Assembly (NCBI GenBank): GCA_963833575.1
Contig: CAWHXY010000004.1
Coordinates: forward strand, 544,001 to 608,000
Direction of reading: 5' to 3'
DNA from: Candidatus Bathyarchaeota archaeon
GTDB taxonomy: Archaea > Thermoproteota > Bathyarchaeia > Bathyarchaeales > Bathycorpusculaceae
Length of the DNA stretch: 64,000 nucleotides
The stretch's first letter is position 1; every line of letters begins with the position of its first letter. This document shows, in pieces, positions 1 to 10,618 of the stretch. The notes beneath the pieces are model-generated. The model had not been told where the DNA came from, did not search any database, and was given only the letters and a program-made list of their open reading frames with translations. Both the position numbers and the translations under genes were made by a program.

Positions 1-461
<461 letters not shown>

Positions 462-712
462 CTACGCGCATAGAATATAAAACCATAACGGGAATAATTA
501 ATGAGAATAGTGGTATAAGATAGCAAAAAAAGAATAAAAATTACTTTCTGAAAAGTCCCTTTTTTTCAGGATAGTCTTTGCATTCGTAGATTCGCAGTTG
601 TCTTTGAGGTTCGATGCGGCATCTTTTGCGGGCGTTTTTTCGTCTTATCAGTGGGGCAAGTTGGAAGAAGGGACATTTTGAACAAAGCGTACTCGTTTTC
701 TTCTCAGTTCTC

Positions 713-1912
713 CTATCGTGTCATCATTCTTCTGAATACAGGTAGCGCAATCGCAATCATGACTACGCCGAAGACTATCAGCACGATGAGGTCCGTAGAT
801 ATCTGCGATACGCCTGAGCCGAGCACCATAACTTTCCGTAGAGCATCGCTAGCGTAAGTTAGGGGTAGAGCTTTGCTTATGTCCTGCATGTACCATGGCA
901 TCTGCTGTATGGGGAAGAACACTCCAGACAGGAACATCATTGGGAACATCAGTGTCATCATGAGCATCTGCGCGGTTTCCTGGTCTTTGGTGAATGACGT
1001 TATGACTATGCCTAAGCCGACAAAGCTAAACACACCCAGCAACAGCAACGCAAACACCAACAACAAGCTGCCCTGCACGGCGACCCCAAATATTCCGATA
1101 GCTAACCCTAAGATTATTAGACCTTGAATTAAGCCTCTGGCTGTCTGCGCTACAGTCTTACCTAGTAGGATGGAAAGTCTGTTTACTGGTGCAACCATCA
1201 TGCCATCCATTGTTCCGATTTCCTTCTCCTGCGAGATAGCGACGGGTAAACCTGTCATAACACTCATCATTACGGTCATAGCCATTATGCCTGGTGCGAT
1301 GAAGTCAAAGTAGCTAGGGTGACCTGAAATTACACCTTGAGTTTGTACATTAAAGGGCTGTATCACTGCAAGAGGGTTTGTAACTGTTGAATTCAGTGTC
1401 TGAACGTTGTGCATGGCTATCTGTTGACCCATTACGTTGAATACGCCGCTTAATGCAGCTTGAATTGTCGCAGATATCTGGGGGTTCGATTCATCGGTGA
1501 CTATTAAGAGGGTACTTTGTTGCCCCGTTAGCGTGCTTTGGGAGAAGTTGCTGGGTATTACGATACCGCCTTCAAGGTCTCCACGCTGCACCATATCCTT
1601 GAGGCTCGCCGTGCTTGACACGTTAGTTATTACGAGCATGTGTGTCTGTCCGTTGATTGCTTCCAAACTCTGGATGAAACCCCCATGAGTCGTGTTTGAC
1701 ATAAATGCTCCGTTGAAGCCTGAGTCCTCGTTAACTAAGCCCACTTGCAAACCACTGATTGTACCGTTGGATGGGTAAATGAACCCGACCATAACCATCA
1801 TGAATAATGGCATGACAATTAAGAGAACTAATCCAAGCCTGTTACGGAAAAGTTCAGTCAAGTCTTTTTTAGCAATTCTAAGGCTGTGTTGGAGAATTGT
1901 TTTTACTGTCAT
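713..1912 (-). CDS. ABC-2 type exporter permease
   Basis: N-terminal TM, extracytoplasmic domain, EKEIGTMDGMMVAP and LSGVFFPI/LPLTY ABC-2 motifs. Confidence 0.9.
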   Translation of the reverse strand: MTVKTILQHSLRIAKKDLTELFRNRLGLVLLIVMPLFMMVMVGFIYPSNGTISGLQVGLVNEDSGFNGAFMSNTTHGGFIQSLEAINGQTHMLVITNVSSTASLKDMVQRGDLEGGIVIPSNFSQSTLTGQQSTLLIVTDESNPQISATIQAALSGVFNVMGQQIAMHNVQTLNSTVTNPLAVIQPFNVQTQGVISGHPSYFDFIAPGIMAMTVMMSVMTGLPVAISQEKEIGTMDGMMVAPVNRLSILLGKTVAQTARGLIQGLIILGLAIGIFGVAVQGSLLLVFALLLLGVFSFVGLGIVITSFTKDQETAQMLMMTLMFPMMFLSGVFFPIQQMPWYMQDISKALPLTYASDALRKVMVLGSGVSQISTDLIVLIVFGVVMIAIALPVFRRMMTR

Positions 1913-1914
1913 TT

Positions 1915-2943
1915 TTATCCCCTCACTCTACTTCTTGACGCTCCGCCAAACTGCCTTGGCCCATGTGCCATCGGGATTTTCTGATCCGCACTGTCTCTAA
2001 CTTCGTGCCCAGTTATGTGTAGAAATACGTCCTCAAGCGATGGCTGCAGATTTTCCATGGAGACTATTTTTCCGTTTCTTTTTCTAACAGCGTCTATAAT
2101 GTTGTCGAATGCTTCTTCACCGTGAACGATTAAGTGAAGTCGCGTAGAGTTTTCTTGCGTTACAGCATCTGCGCAATTGAGGGCTTTTATAGCGCTCAAT
2201 ATGTCTGGTAATAGGTTTGCTACTTCGAGTTTAATAATCATGGTATCTCCACCTGAAATTATTTTTTTAAGATTTGTAGAAGTGTCAAGAGCAATGATTT
2301 TTCCGTGGTCCACTATGGCTATGCGATCACATAGCAAATCAGCATCAATCATCATGTGAGTTGTAATGATGACTGAGGTGCCATTATCTTGATTAAGTTT
2401 TTTTACAAAATCTCTGATTTCAACTGATGATTGGGGATCTAAGCCTAATGTGGGTTCATCTAAAAAGAGGACCTGAGGCATATTTAGTAATGCACGTACA
2501 ACGTTCATTCTTTGTCGCATACCCGTTGAAAACGTACCGACTTGTGCGTTCTTCCATTTTGTAAGTTGAACCAGTTCAAGTAATTCATCAATTCTCTTGT
2601 TTAATGTTTCTTTTGGAATGTTGAAGAGGCTACCGAAAAACCAAAGGTTCTCTTTGGCGGTTAAACGATTGTAGATTATCATTTTTTCAGAAACTATACC
2701 GATGAGTTTACGTACATCAGTATCGTTTTTTACCGTATCGTAGCCGCCGATGGTTGCAGTTCCTTTTGTTGGTCTTGATAGTGTTGAGAGCATCCGTAGT
2801 GTTGTGCTTTTGCCTGCTCCGTTTGGTCCCAGAAGGCCGAATATCTCGCCTTTCTTCACATTAAATGAAATGTCATCTACGGCTGTAAACTTTCCAAACA
2901 CTTTAGTAAGGTTCTTCACTTCAATTATGTTACCGTTATCCAT
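1915..2943 (-). CDS. ABC exporter ATP-binding protein (DrrA-like)
   Basis: Walker A GPNGAGKST, signature FSTGM, Walker B FLDEPT, C-terminal SLEDVF; likely start MDNGN at 2943. Confidence 0.93.
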   Translation of the reverse strand: MDNGNIIEVKNLTKVFGKFTAVDDISFNVKKGEIFGLLGPNGAGKSTTLRMLSTLSRPTKGTATIGGYDTVKNDTDVRKLIGIVSEKMIIYNRLTAKENLWFFGSLFNIPKETLNKRIDELLELVQLTKWKNAQVGTFSTGMRQRMNVVRALLNMPQVLFLDEPTLGLDPQSSVEIRDFVKKLNQDNGTSVIITTHMMIDADLLCDRIAIVDHGKIIALDTSTNLKKIISGGDTMIIKLEVANLLPDILSAIKALNCADAVTQENSTRLHLIVHGEEAFDNIIDAVRKRNGKIVSMENLQPSLEDVFLHITGHEVRDSADQKIPMAHGPRQFGGASRSRVRG

Positions 2944-3029
2944 TTGCAGACAACTCTTAATATTATTCAGTGCAATATATTGCGGTAAAATATAAGTATT
3001 ACCCAAATATAATATAGATTCGAAATAAA

Positions 3030-3620
3030 ATGGCCACAGAAAAAGAAGAAAAGACCACAGAGAATTGGATGAAAGAGGCTCAGAAAGGCTACATACGAAT
3101 GGGAGTCCTCATCCTTCTTAACAAGAAACCATTCCATGGCTACGAAATAATGAAAGAAATCAACAAACGAACGAAAGGGTTCTGGCAACCGACCGCCGGA
3201 GGCGTATATCCAATTTTGCGCGACCTAGAAAAGTCAGGTTACATTAAAGGTGAATGGCAAACCCAGAAAAATAGAAAAATAAAAGTTTACAAAATTACTG
3301 AATCAGGAGAACTGATTCTACGACGAGCTATAGTAAAAGAAGCTGAAATCTTCAATAACATCGGAGGTCTTTTCAAGGAATTCGCCAAAGATGTCCTTAA
3401 CATTGAGACAATCACGATTATGCCGAATATGCCATCCCCCTTCAAACCTTTCTTAGAAGAAAACCCCAACAGTGAAGAAAATCTCAAACAACTGGTACAT
3501 CAACGAAAACACGTTTACGAATCAGCAAAAATGATGCAGGAAAAACTAAAACAGTTAGATGATAGAATTAGAGAAATCAAGAAGCAACCACAAAATGACT
3601 CTGCCACTTTATCAAAATAG
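3030..3620 (+). CDS. PadR-family transcriptional regulator
   Basis: HGYEIMKEI...GGVYPILRDLE...YKITESG PadR wHTH; divergent from the ABC operon. Confidence 0.88.
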   Translation: MATEKEEKTTENWMKEAQKGYIRMGVLILLNKKPFHGYEIMKEINKRTKGFWQPTAGGVYPILRDLEKSGYIKGEWQTQKNRKIKVYKITESGELILRRAIVKEAEIFNNIGGLFKEFAKDVLNIETITIMPNMPSPFKPFLEENPNSEENLKQLVHQRKHVYESAKMMQEKLKQLDDRIREIKKQPQNDSATLSK

Positions 3621-3700
3621 CGAACACAAAAACTTTTGGGGAAAAATCTCGACCGATTAGTCTAAAGAATTAAATTCAGGACCGATTATTTCTAGATAGA

Positions 3701-4033
3701 GTGATGTCAATGTTCCGCGTTAGAGTAAGCAAAATTGAGTCAAATCGTGATCTAGATGGCAATCTTGGAAAGAGAATTGAATTGCTTGAAGAACGAGAAG
3801 TTAACCCCTACGTTTTGAGGCCACAATCAGATGAAGCTAAAATGGCTCAAGATATAATGCAAGCACTCCAGCAACAAATGCCTTTCTTGCCACAAAAAGC
3901 GCAGCTTGCCACTCCTAAAATAATACTGTTCCTCACTGAACAGGAATGCGATAGTTTTGGTATAACGTTTGATGTGAATCAGGTTTACGAAGTAATGCTT
4001 GAAAACCAGGCGATTCGCTTTAGGAAAGTTTGA
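3701..4033 (+). CDS. Arcadin-1-like protein
   Basis: Pattern V.V.K...D..G....IE..EE.E...P.I.L.LTE.E...FG..DV..V.E matches my recollection of Pyrobaculum arcadin-1. Confidence 0.65.
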   Translation: MMSMFRVRVSKIESNRDLDGNLGKRIELLEEREVNPYVLRPQSDEAKMAQDIMQALQQQMPFLPQKAQLATPKIILFLTEQECDSFGITFDVNQVYEVMLENQAIRFRKV

Positions 4034-4358
4034 GGATTTCTTTTCTTATTTGCCTTAGCGCCGAATGCTTGGGGTGAAAAGATAAAACAAACATCATGCT
4101 TCTCAACGCTGAACTTATTCCTTCTAAATCTGATATTTTGCCTTCATCGCAGTATAACGGAATAGGTTCGTCGCCATCGGTTTCTTCATAGTAAACATAA
4201 ATTGGTGAACCAGCTCTATCCAATTTTTTCATTTCAAAATCTAAATTCAGCCGTTTAGCTGTTTCCTCTGCAGCATTTCTAACTGATTCCAGGCGTTTCC
4301 TAAAAGGAACACCACTTGAAGCGTAAACCATCAGTTTTCCACAATTTTCCTTAAACAT
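4020..4358 (-). CDS. Hypothetical protein
   Basis: 112-aa ORF with protein-like composition filling the gap, convergent with arcadin-1. Confidence 0.6.
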   Translation of the reverse strand: MFKENCGKLMVYASSGVPFRKRLESVRNAAEETAKRLNLDFEMKKLDRAGSPIYVYYEETDGDEPIPLYCDEGKISDLEGISSALRSMMFVLSFHPKHSALRQIRKEILKLS

Positions 4359-4461
4359 GATATATTACCAATCATTGTGTGTGCAATAATCTCTTTTAAA
4401 ACAAGCCTTGAAACGACTTTCTTAATCAGTGGAGGGGTGATTGAAAGTGAACCAGGCAAAT

Positions 4462-4496
4462 TGTTGCTGTGCAAGGGCAACCACAACGGCTTATAT
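4462..4496 (+). promoter_or_regulatory. Operator TGTTGCTGT-N6-GCAACCACA plus TATA-like CTTATAT
   Basis: Same 24-bp imperfect inverted repeat and same 4-bp distance to the TATA as at 53823-53846 and 54637-54660. Confidence 0.6.
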
Positions 4497-4536
4497 GTTT
4501 AGGAAAAAATCAAACCTTATTGTGAGGTGAAAAAAA

Positions 4537-4962
4537 ATGGCGATTGGCGAAAAACTTTGGGAAGGCAAAGGCAAAAGTGGCGCAGGTTTCATAAAGTCAG
4601 TCGGAATGGATGGAGTTACTTCAGTTTATACCTGGACTGCTCAAATGAAAGGAATGGGGAAAGCGAAAGGCGTTGACCTCAACCTCAATGTCACAGGTAT
4701 GAGCATGGCTCCGCCTAAAGGCGTAGCTTGGTCTAAAGATCAAGGACAGATGATGTCAATGACTGGTGATATGGGCATATTGAAAGGTGTTTCTTTGATG
4801 AAGATGGTGATGGGACAGAATCCTACAAGCGTAGGCTTATGGACCTTCATGACTATGTCCGAGAAACTAGGCTGGCTCAATGACACGATTGCGGTTGTCA
4901 CTTTTGAAGCAACAGACCCAATGTGGACGGAACTAAACATTACAATCTGGGAATGGAAGTAG
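4537..4962 (+). CDS. Hypothetical Met/Gly-rich beta-strand protein
   Basis: Clean ORF with strong SD GAGGTGA; alternating beta pattern, F.T.SEKLGWLN motif. Confidence 0.7.
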   Translation: MAIGEKLWEGKGKSGAGFIKSVGMDGVTSVYTWTAQMKGMGKAKGVDLNLNVTGMSMAPPKGVAWSKDQGQMMSMTGDMGILKGVSLMKMVMGQNPTSVGLWTFMTMSEKLGWLNDTIAVVTFEATDPMWTELNITIWEWK

Positions 4963-4978
4963 AAACCGAGCGATTCTT

Positions 4979-5440
4979 ATGCAAGAGCATAAAGAATGGC
5001 AAATGCCTGAATGGTGGTATCGAGAAAAACGCCCAACCAACGACGGAGCTTATTTTGAAAACATGTGCCGAGTTATTTTCCAAGCAGGCTTAAATTGGAA
5101 AGTAATCGACAACAAATGGTCCTCAATCAAAAAAGCATTATTAAACTTTAAAATAGAAAAAATATCATGTTTTACAGAAGCTGATATTGAAAGACTCATG
5201 AAAGATCCAGGAATCATAAGGAACAAAGGCAAAATAAAAGCCATAATACAAAACGCACAAAACTTCAACGCCATAGAAAAAAGGTACGGTTCTTTCCAAA
5301 AATACCTCGATAGCCTAGATAAATCAAACAACTATGAAAACGCAATTAAAGATTTAGTGAACAAGTTTAAGTGGCTAGGTCCGCCTTCAGCAAGCCTTTT
5401 CCTGTACACCGTTGGAGAAAAAATAAGCGTATGGGATTAA
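4979..5440 (+). CDS. DNA-3-methyladenine glycosylase I family
   Basis: FQAGLNW and GIIRNKGKI TAG-family motifs. Confidence 0.85.
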   Translation: MQEHKEWQMPEWWYREKRPTNDGAYFENMCRVIFQAGLNWKVIDNKWSSIKKALLNFKIEKISCFTEADIERLMKDPGIIRNKGKIKAIIQNAQNFNAIEKRYGSFQKYLDSLDKSNNYENAIKDLVNKFKWLGPPSASLFLYTVGEKISVWD

Positions 5441-5507
5441 AACCAATTTTTTCTTTTTTATAAATTAGATTTTTAAATTTGAACCTCTCAACTTAATTGA
5501 GAAAGCT

Positions 5508-5783
5508 ATGGTCAAAACTAGAGTTCATGTGTTTGTAAGCGGCATAGTTCAAGGTGTGTTTTTTCGGCAAAAAACTAAACAGCAAGCCGAGAGTTTGGGT
5601 GTCATAGGATGGATTCGCAATTTGCCCGATGGCAGGGTGGAAGCCGTTTTTGAAGGGGAAGAAGATGTCGTTAATACTCTTGTGAAATTTTGCAGGAAGG
5701 GGCCAAAGGGAGCATCAGTCACGGGCTTAATTGTGAATCGTGATACCTTCAGAGATGAGTTTGAAAGTTTTGAGATAGTTTGA
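5508..5783 (+). CDS. acyP: Acylphosphatase
   Basis: VSGIVQGVFFR and GWIRNLPDGRVE. Confidence 0.95.
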   Translation: MVKTRVHVFVSGIVQGVFFRQKTKQQAESLGVIGWIRNLPDGRVEAVFEGEEDVVNTLVKFCRKGPKGASVTGLIVNRDTFRDEFESFEIV

Positions 5784-5839
5784 TAAAACATTTTCAGTTT
5801 AAATCTTAGATTTGTCTTTATTCGAGGCGAGGCAGATTT

Positions 5840-6373
5840 ATGAAAATACTTGGTTTAGTTGGAAGCCCTAGAAAAACAAGCAACACGGATATTCTCTTAA
5901 GCGCTATCTTAGACGGTGCACGTGGAAATCGCCATTCCACTGAAAAAGTTTACCTCTATGACTTTGACATTGGATCTTGCGTGGACTGCAAATCCTGCAA
6001 AAGGGGTAATTATAGATGCGGGTTAAGTGACGACATGCAGACGCTCTATCCAAAGCTAGAAGAAGCTGACGTGATAATTTTTGGGACCCCTCTATACTGG
6101 TATGGGCCTACAGCCAAAATGAAACTGTTAATCGACAGGTTGCGTCCATTTGTAGAGTCAAAAAAGCTGAAGGGCAAAAAAGCCATTTTGGTTGTTCCTT
6201 CAGAAGAAGGAGCAGAAGCCTGCAACTTTATTGTAGGCATGTTTAATCTTTCCTTCAAATACTTGGAGATAGATCTGATTGGAAAGTTGCTACCGAAAGC
6301 CTCTGAAAAAGCAGAAGTAAGAGGGCAACCTAAAACGCTAAGCGACGCACTTGCCCTTGGAAAATCCATTTAA
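5840..6373 (+). CDS. Iron-sulfur flavoprotein / NADPH-dependent FMN reductase family
   Basis: GSPRK..NT, CxxCxxC-x5-C..DD, GTPLYW. Confidence 0.88.
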   Translation: MKILGLVGSPRKTSNTDILLSAILDGARGNRHSTEKVYLYDFDIGSCVDCKSCKRGNYRCGLSDDMQTLYPKLEEADVIIFGTPLYWYGPTAKMKLLIDRLRPFVESKKLKGKKAILVVPSEEGAEACNFIVGMFNLSFKYLEIDLIGKLLPKASEKAEVRGQPKTLSDALALGKSI

Positions 6374-6407
6374 GTCACGATTTCATGTTTAGATATCAGT
6401 AAACGCT

Positions 6408-6812
6408 TCAAGCTTTTTTCTTGGGTACTCTAAAATGTGAATCTTTTCCGGCGCTAATGTATTCTCCACCCATCCCTCGAACTGCAGATGCTATTTTGGC
6501 AAAGTTTTCTGAACCTAAAAACTGCTTAGGTTTAATGATTATATAGTCGCCTTTGTCCTCAAAGCTTAATCTGGCTTCTAACTCTTCGGGAAAGGACATA
6601 CGGATGTCATCAAGCGACCTCTGCTTAGAACCAGCTTCACGTAGCGGTGCAGGTGCTGCTGGAACCGTTGGAGGTTGGATAATTTGACCTACTGCAAGCG
6701 ACTTCAGTGACGCTGAGACAGAACGCAGTTCTTCTGAGGTCTTGTTTAACTCCGCAGCAAGTTTGTCAACCTTTTCCAATATTTGATTAAGCTTTTCTTT
6801 GTCAGTGCTCAT
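6408..6812 (-). CDS. Hypothetical protein (N-terminal coiled coil, Pro linker, small C-terminal domain)
   Basis: ORF from MSTDKEKL with SD-like GGAG upstream. Confidence 0.7.
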   Translation of the reverse strand: MSTDKEKLNQILEKVDKLAAELNKTSEELRSVSASLKSLAVGQIIQPPTVPAAPAPLREAGSKQRSLDDIRMSFPEELEARLSFEDKGDYIIIKPKQFLGSENFAKIASAVRGMGGEYISAGKDSHFRVPKKKA

Positions 6813-6891
6813 CCAAACGCTCCTCAAACTCCTAAATAAAACAAGACGCTTATTAATTATTTGCAATAGCTATGCTTGGAAGAAAAAAGGC

Positions 6892-7929
6892 ATGATTGAA
6901 ATCGATGGCAGTGAAAAAAGCGGAAGCGGCACAATACTTCGTCTTTCCATAGCGTTAGCAGCAATCACAAAACAACAACTACATATCTTTAACATTAGGC
7001 AAAACCGCCCGCAGCCAGGCTTAAAACATCAACATTTAGAAGCAGTGCTTACAGCAGCCAGACTATGCAATGCCAAAGTGCAAGGGGCAAGCCTGGGTTC
7101 AAAAGAACTTTGGTTCAAGCCTCAAATAGTAACTGGCGGCAATATTGAAGCTGAAATTCAAACAGCAGGAAATATTCCAATGCTATTATTGGCGACATTG
7201 CCCATTTGTTTGTTCGCCGATAATCCCGTACGTTTACATGTAGCTAAAGGAGGAACAGATACCAGTCATGCACCCACGATCAACTATATGCGGTACGTTC
7301 TTCTACCCGCGTTAAAACAAATGGGAATTGAGGCAACGATAACGGTCCAAAAATACGGCTATTACCCTAAAGGAATGGGTGAAGTGACGATGATTGTCAA
7401 GCCTAATCGTAATCTAAAGCCTGTACAGCTTGAAGATTTTGGCAGGATCAAACGCATAATGGGTGTTTCAGTATGCACTTTTTTGGCTGACAGGCAGGTA
7501 GCAGAGAGGCAAGCTAAAACAGCACAAGATTACCTTTCACAAAAAGGCTATAACGCTACTGTTCAAATTATAAATGATGAGTCGAATCTCTATCAAAAGG
7601 GAAGCTCGATCGTGTTGTGGGCTGAAACGGAAACAGGAGTAATCATTGGCACTGATGCCATAGGTGAACTCCGTAAATTAAGTGAAGATGTGGGAAAAGA
7701 AGCCGCTGAAAAACTTTCCACTGAATTAGCTGCTAAGTCAACAGTTGATGTTTATTTAGCGGATATGCTGATCCCTTATATATCCTTGGCACAGGGCAAA
7801 TCAATATTTTTGACAAGATCAATTTCTGAGCATATTGAATCAAACATTTGGCTGATAGAAAAAATGTTAAATGTCAAATTCACCATTCAGAAAATAAACA
7901 ACCTGTACCGAATTGAAAAAAGTCGCTGA
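6892..7929 (+). CDS. rtcA: RNA 3'-terminal phosphate cyclase
   Basis: MIEIDGS..SG.ILR, IRQNRPQPGLKHQH, YGYYPKGMGEV, DVYLADML, SEH. Confidence 0.95.
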   Translation: MIEIDGSEKSGSGTILRLSIALAAITKQQLHIFNIRQNRPQPGLKHQHLEAVLTAARLCNAKVQGASLGSKELWFKPQIVTGGNIEAEIQTAGNIPMLLLATLPICLFADNPVRLHVAKGGTDTSHAPTINYMRYVLLPALKQMGIEATITVQKYGYYPKGMGEVTMIVKPNRNLKPVQLEDFGRIKRIMGVSVCTFLADRQVAERQAKTAQDYLSQKGYNATVQIINDESNLYQKGSSIVLWAETETGVIIGTDAIGELRKLSEDVGKEAAEKLSTELAAKSTVDVYLADMLIPYISLAQGKSIFLTRSISEHIESNIWLIEKMLNVKFTIQKINNLYRIEKSR

Positions 7930-7933
7930 TTTC

Positions 7934-9004
7934 ATGCCTAAATCAAGCATTTGCGTTAAAGTTCCTAAAAACCAAGGCCAGAAAACACTAGCCTTAGCAA
8001 ATAAACTTCAACTAACCGACAAATTATTAGAAATCCAGCGAAATGAAGACAATCTCTGCATCCCTTTAATTAGACAGCCTCAAGAGAACGAGTTAGTAAC
8101 AATTAGAAACCAGATACCTGAAATGCAAATAGCCACGGCAGTTTTCCTTGAAAAACAGTTACCATCAAAAACTCTCACTCAAGTTCTATCCAACGAATTG
8201 CCGCCGAATTTGCTGGCAACCTTACCTCAAGCACTAGACGTTGTGGGAGACATAGCTATTATAGAGATTCCAACAGACCTTAAACCATATGAAAACCTAA
8301 TCGGTGAAGCCATCCTGAAAACGCATCGAAACATAAAAACTGTGCTTGCAAAGGCTGGCGCAATAAGTGGAACCTACCGAGTCCGCGACTACAATTTTAT
8401 CGCTGGAGAACAAAAAACCAAAACAGTCAACAAGGAATTCGGAGTCACATACCATGTTGATGTAGCGAAAGCCTATTTTTCTCCCAGACTTTCACATGAA
8501 CATCAACGTGTGGCTTCTCTTGTTCAAGCGGGTGAAACTGTAGTGGATTTGTTTGCTGGAGTGGGACCATTCTCTGTTTTGATTGCGAAAAAAAACCCGA
8601 AAGTGAAAGTTTATGCGATTGATATTAATCCTGAAGCCGTTGAGTTACTAAAAGTTAACGCGAGGGTTAACAGGGTTGAAAACCGAGTCGTCCCTATTTT
8701 GGGAAACGCAAGGCAAATTGCCGCAACTACACTTAAAAATTCAGCTGACCGGGTTATAATGAATTTACCTGAAACGGCAATAGAATTTGTGGATGCCGCT
8801 TGCCAAGCGATCAAGCCAAAGGGGGGAATAATACATTTTTACGGTTTCGTTCGCTCACCCGACTCCATAGAAGATCTAAAACTACTCTTTTCTGGAGCCG
8901 CTGAGAAAACTGAAAGAAAATTAGAATCGTATATTTATGCAAAAAGTATCCGTGAAACCGCTCCCTACGAGTCGCAGATTGTTTTAGACGCTAAAATTGC
9001 TTAA
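7934..9004 (+). CDS. trm5: tRNA (guanine-37-N1)-methyltransferase Trm5/Met-10+ family
   Basis: YFSPRLSHE, DLFAGVGPF, DINP, IMNLP. Confidence 0.85.
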   Translation: MPKSSICVKVPKNQGQKTLALANKLQLTDKLLEIQRNEDNLCIPLIRQPQENELVTIRNQIPEMQIATAVFLEKQLPSKTLTQVLSNELPPNLLATLPQALDVVGDIAIIEIPTDLKPYENLIGEAILKTHRNIKTVLAKAGAISGTYRVRDYNFIAGEQKTKTVNKEFGVTYHVDVAKAYFSPRLSHEHQRVASLVQAGETVVDLFAGVGPFSVLIAKKNPKVKVYAIDINPEAVELLKVNARVNRVENRVVPILGNARQIAATTLKNSADRVIMNLPETAIEFVDAACQAIKPKGGIIHFYGFVRSPDSIEDLKLLFSGAAEKTERKLESYIYAKSIRETAPYESQIVLDAKIA

Positions 9005-9435
9005 CTCTCAACAATTAGCGTAATGTTAACTTTTTGTCTTGGATTTTTTAATTTCTCTACTAGCGCTCTTAACAGATCGTTTGATGATTTATCAGCGTAA
9101 ATTGCTAAAGTTCGGTCTGAGATGAAATCGCTTTTTCTAATCACCACATCGTTTTGATTAGTTAAAGTCAACTCAGAGGACCCTAAAGCGATTATTTGAT
9201 CGGTTAAGCCTCCAGCTTCAATAATTATGGTTAGTTTAGCATTTGGCTTTCTCAGAGCGTCCTTGAATTTTTGGTTTAAGTCTGTTCCTGCCTTATCTGC
9301 TGCTACACCGATTATACAATCGCCAGCGTTTGAAAGATATTTTTCCTTGGTAAACATCAAAGTTGAAGGGTGAATAGCTTGAATGTTTTCATGACCAAAA
9401 GCTACTATGTGTTCTTGAATGAGTTTAGCATTCAA
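9001..9435 (-). CDS. DUF371 family protein
   Basis: GHENI.A.H..T, GDCIIGV.ADK, IRKSDF...RTLAI.ADK. Confidence 0.85.
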   Translation of the reverse strand: MNAKLIQEHIVAFGHENIQAIHPSTLMFTKEKYLSNAGDCIIGVAADKAGTDLNQKFKDALRKPNAKLTIIIEAGGLTDQIIALGSSELTLTNQNDVVIRKSDFISDRTLAIYADKSSNDLLRALVEKLKNPRQKVNITLIVES

Positions 9436-10398
9436 TTACTCGTTAACCTCAATTGAATCTACTTTGCCATCGCCATCCAGGTCAAAACCTTGAATCGCAA
9501 CCGCGAAGGTGTCCTCAGTATTGTATTTTTGCAAGGTTTTCTTCCAAAAATTAGTCAGCGCAAGAACGCACGCTTTTGTTCCTACCGCTTTGTTCCCTGC
9601 TAAAATAACAATACACTTGGTTTTATCCCATGGATTAGGGATTTTAGCAACTAATCCTGAAGCATCCGAAGTGTAAACCTGCATAGATCTTTTTGACGAC
9701 AACCCCCCGAGCAGGAAACCTTGCTCTGATGACTGCATTATGAACTTAATTGGTAAATACTCGTTAATTTCCTGCGTGAGAAGATTTGTACCTGGACCTC
9801 CAACAAGGATTAAATTATTTTTTTCTTCTTTCTCTACTTTCACGTCAACATCTAGCTTCACTGCAAATTCGGTAGGCATTTGAGCGAATTGTCCCAAGAA
9901 AAGAGCTAGATGCGCTGCATAGTGACCGTCTCGCGCGCTGGTTTTAAATGGCCCATGAGGTTGAGGGCTACCTACAACTATTTTTCCATCAAAGACGCCA
10001 TTTGATATGAATTCTTTGAAGAAATCTTGAAGTTGTTTGTCAGTGCTTAAGAGACAAACGTTTTGGATTGGTTTGTAGCCAAAGGGGAACTCGATTCCAA
10101 AAGCTGGTGAGACAGTTTTGTAGTACTTCGCTATCGCGCCCTTCTTTTTTTCTTCCCGTTGGACCGTTATGGCTCCTGCTTTGGCCAGTTTTCTTATGTG
10201 GTAGTAGACTTTTTGCTCATGCATACCTAGTTGCCTCGCGAGTTCTAAGGGGTACATTTCTTTCTTGGATAGTAAGGTTAGGATTTTCCAGCTTAGGCTA
10301 CCTAGTATCATTTTTAACTTTTGGGAATCTTCTGTTATGCTGATTTCTTTTACCTCTAGAATGTTTCCTTTGTCGTGCAGAAGCAGTTTTTTGTCCAT
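9436..10398 (-). CDS. ArsR-type HTH fused to S-layer-C-terminal-like (LILVGGP) domain
   Basis: N-terminal wHTH (ELARQLG..EQKVYYHIRKL) and NNLILVGGPGTN motif. Confidence 0.7.
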   Translation of the reverse strand: MDKKLLLHDKGNILEVKEISITEDSQKLKMILGSLSWKILTLLSKKEMYPLELARQLGMHEQKVYYHIRKLAKAGAITVQREEKKKGAIAKYYKTVSPAFGIEFPFGYKPIQNVCLLSTDKQLQDFFKEFISNGVFDGKIVVGSPQPHGPFKTSARDGHYAAHLALFLGQFAQMPTEFAVKLDVDVKVEKEEKNNLILVGGPGTNLLTQEINEYLPIKFIMQSSEQGFLLGGLSSKRSMQVYTSDASGLVAKIPNPWDKTKCIVILAGNKAVGTKACVLALTNFWKKTLQKYNTEDTFAVAIQGFDLDGDGKVDSIEVNE

Positions 10399-10618
10399 TT
10401 GCGGTCAGAAGGAAGTTATATGAAGGTACTATAAAAAATTTATTTATAACGGTTATCAAATTTTTTGTTTTCCGCGTGCAATCTATGCTTACACTTGCGT
10501 GAAAAGACGTATAATCTGCTAAAAAAAAATTTGTAGTGGTCACACTCAAATGCTAAAAATCCTTATTAGCAAAACAAATGTTGATATTTATAACTTTAAG
10601 AAAAAGAGGCACTAATAA

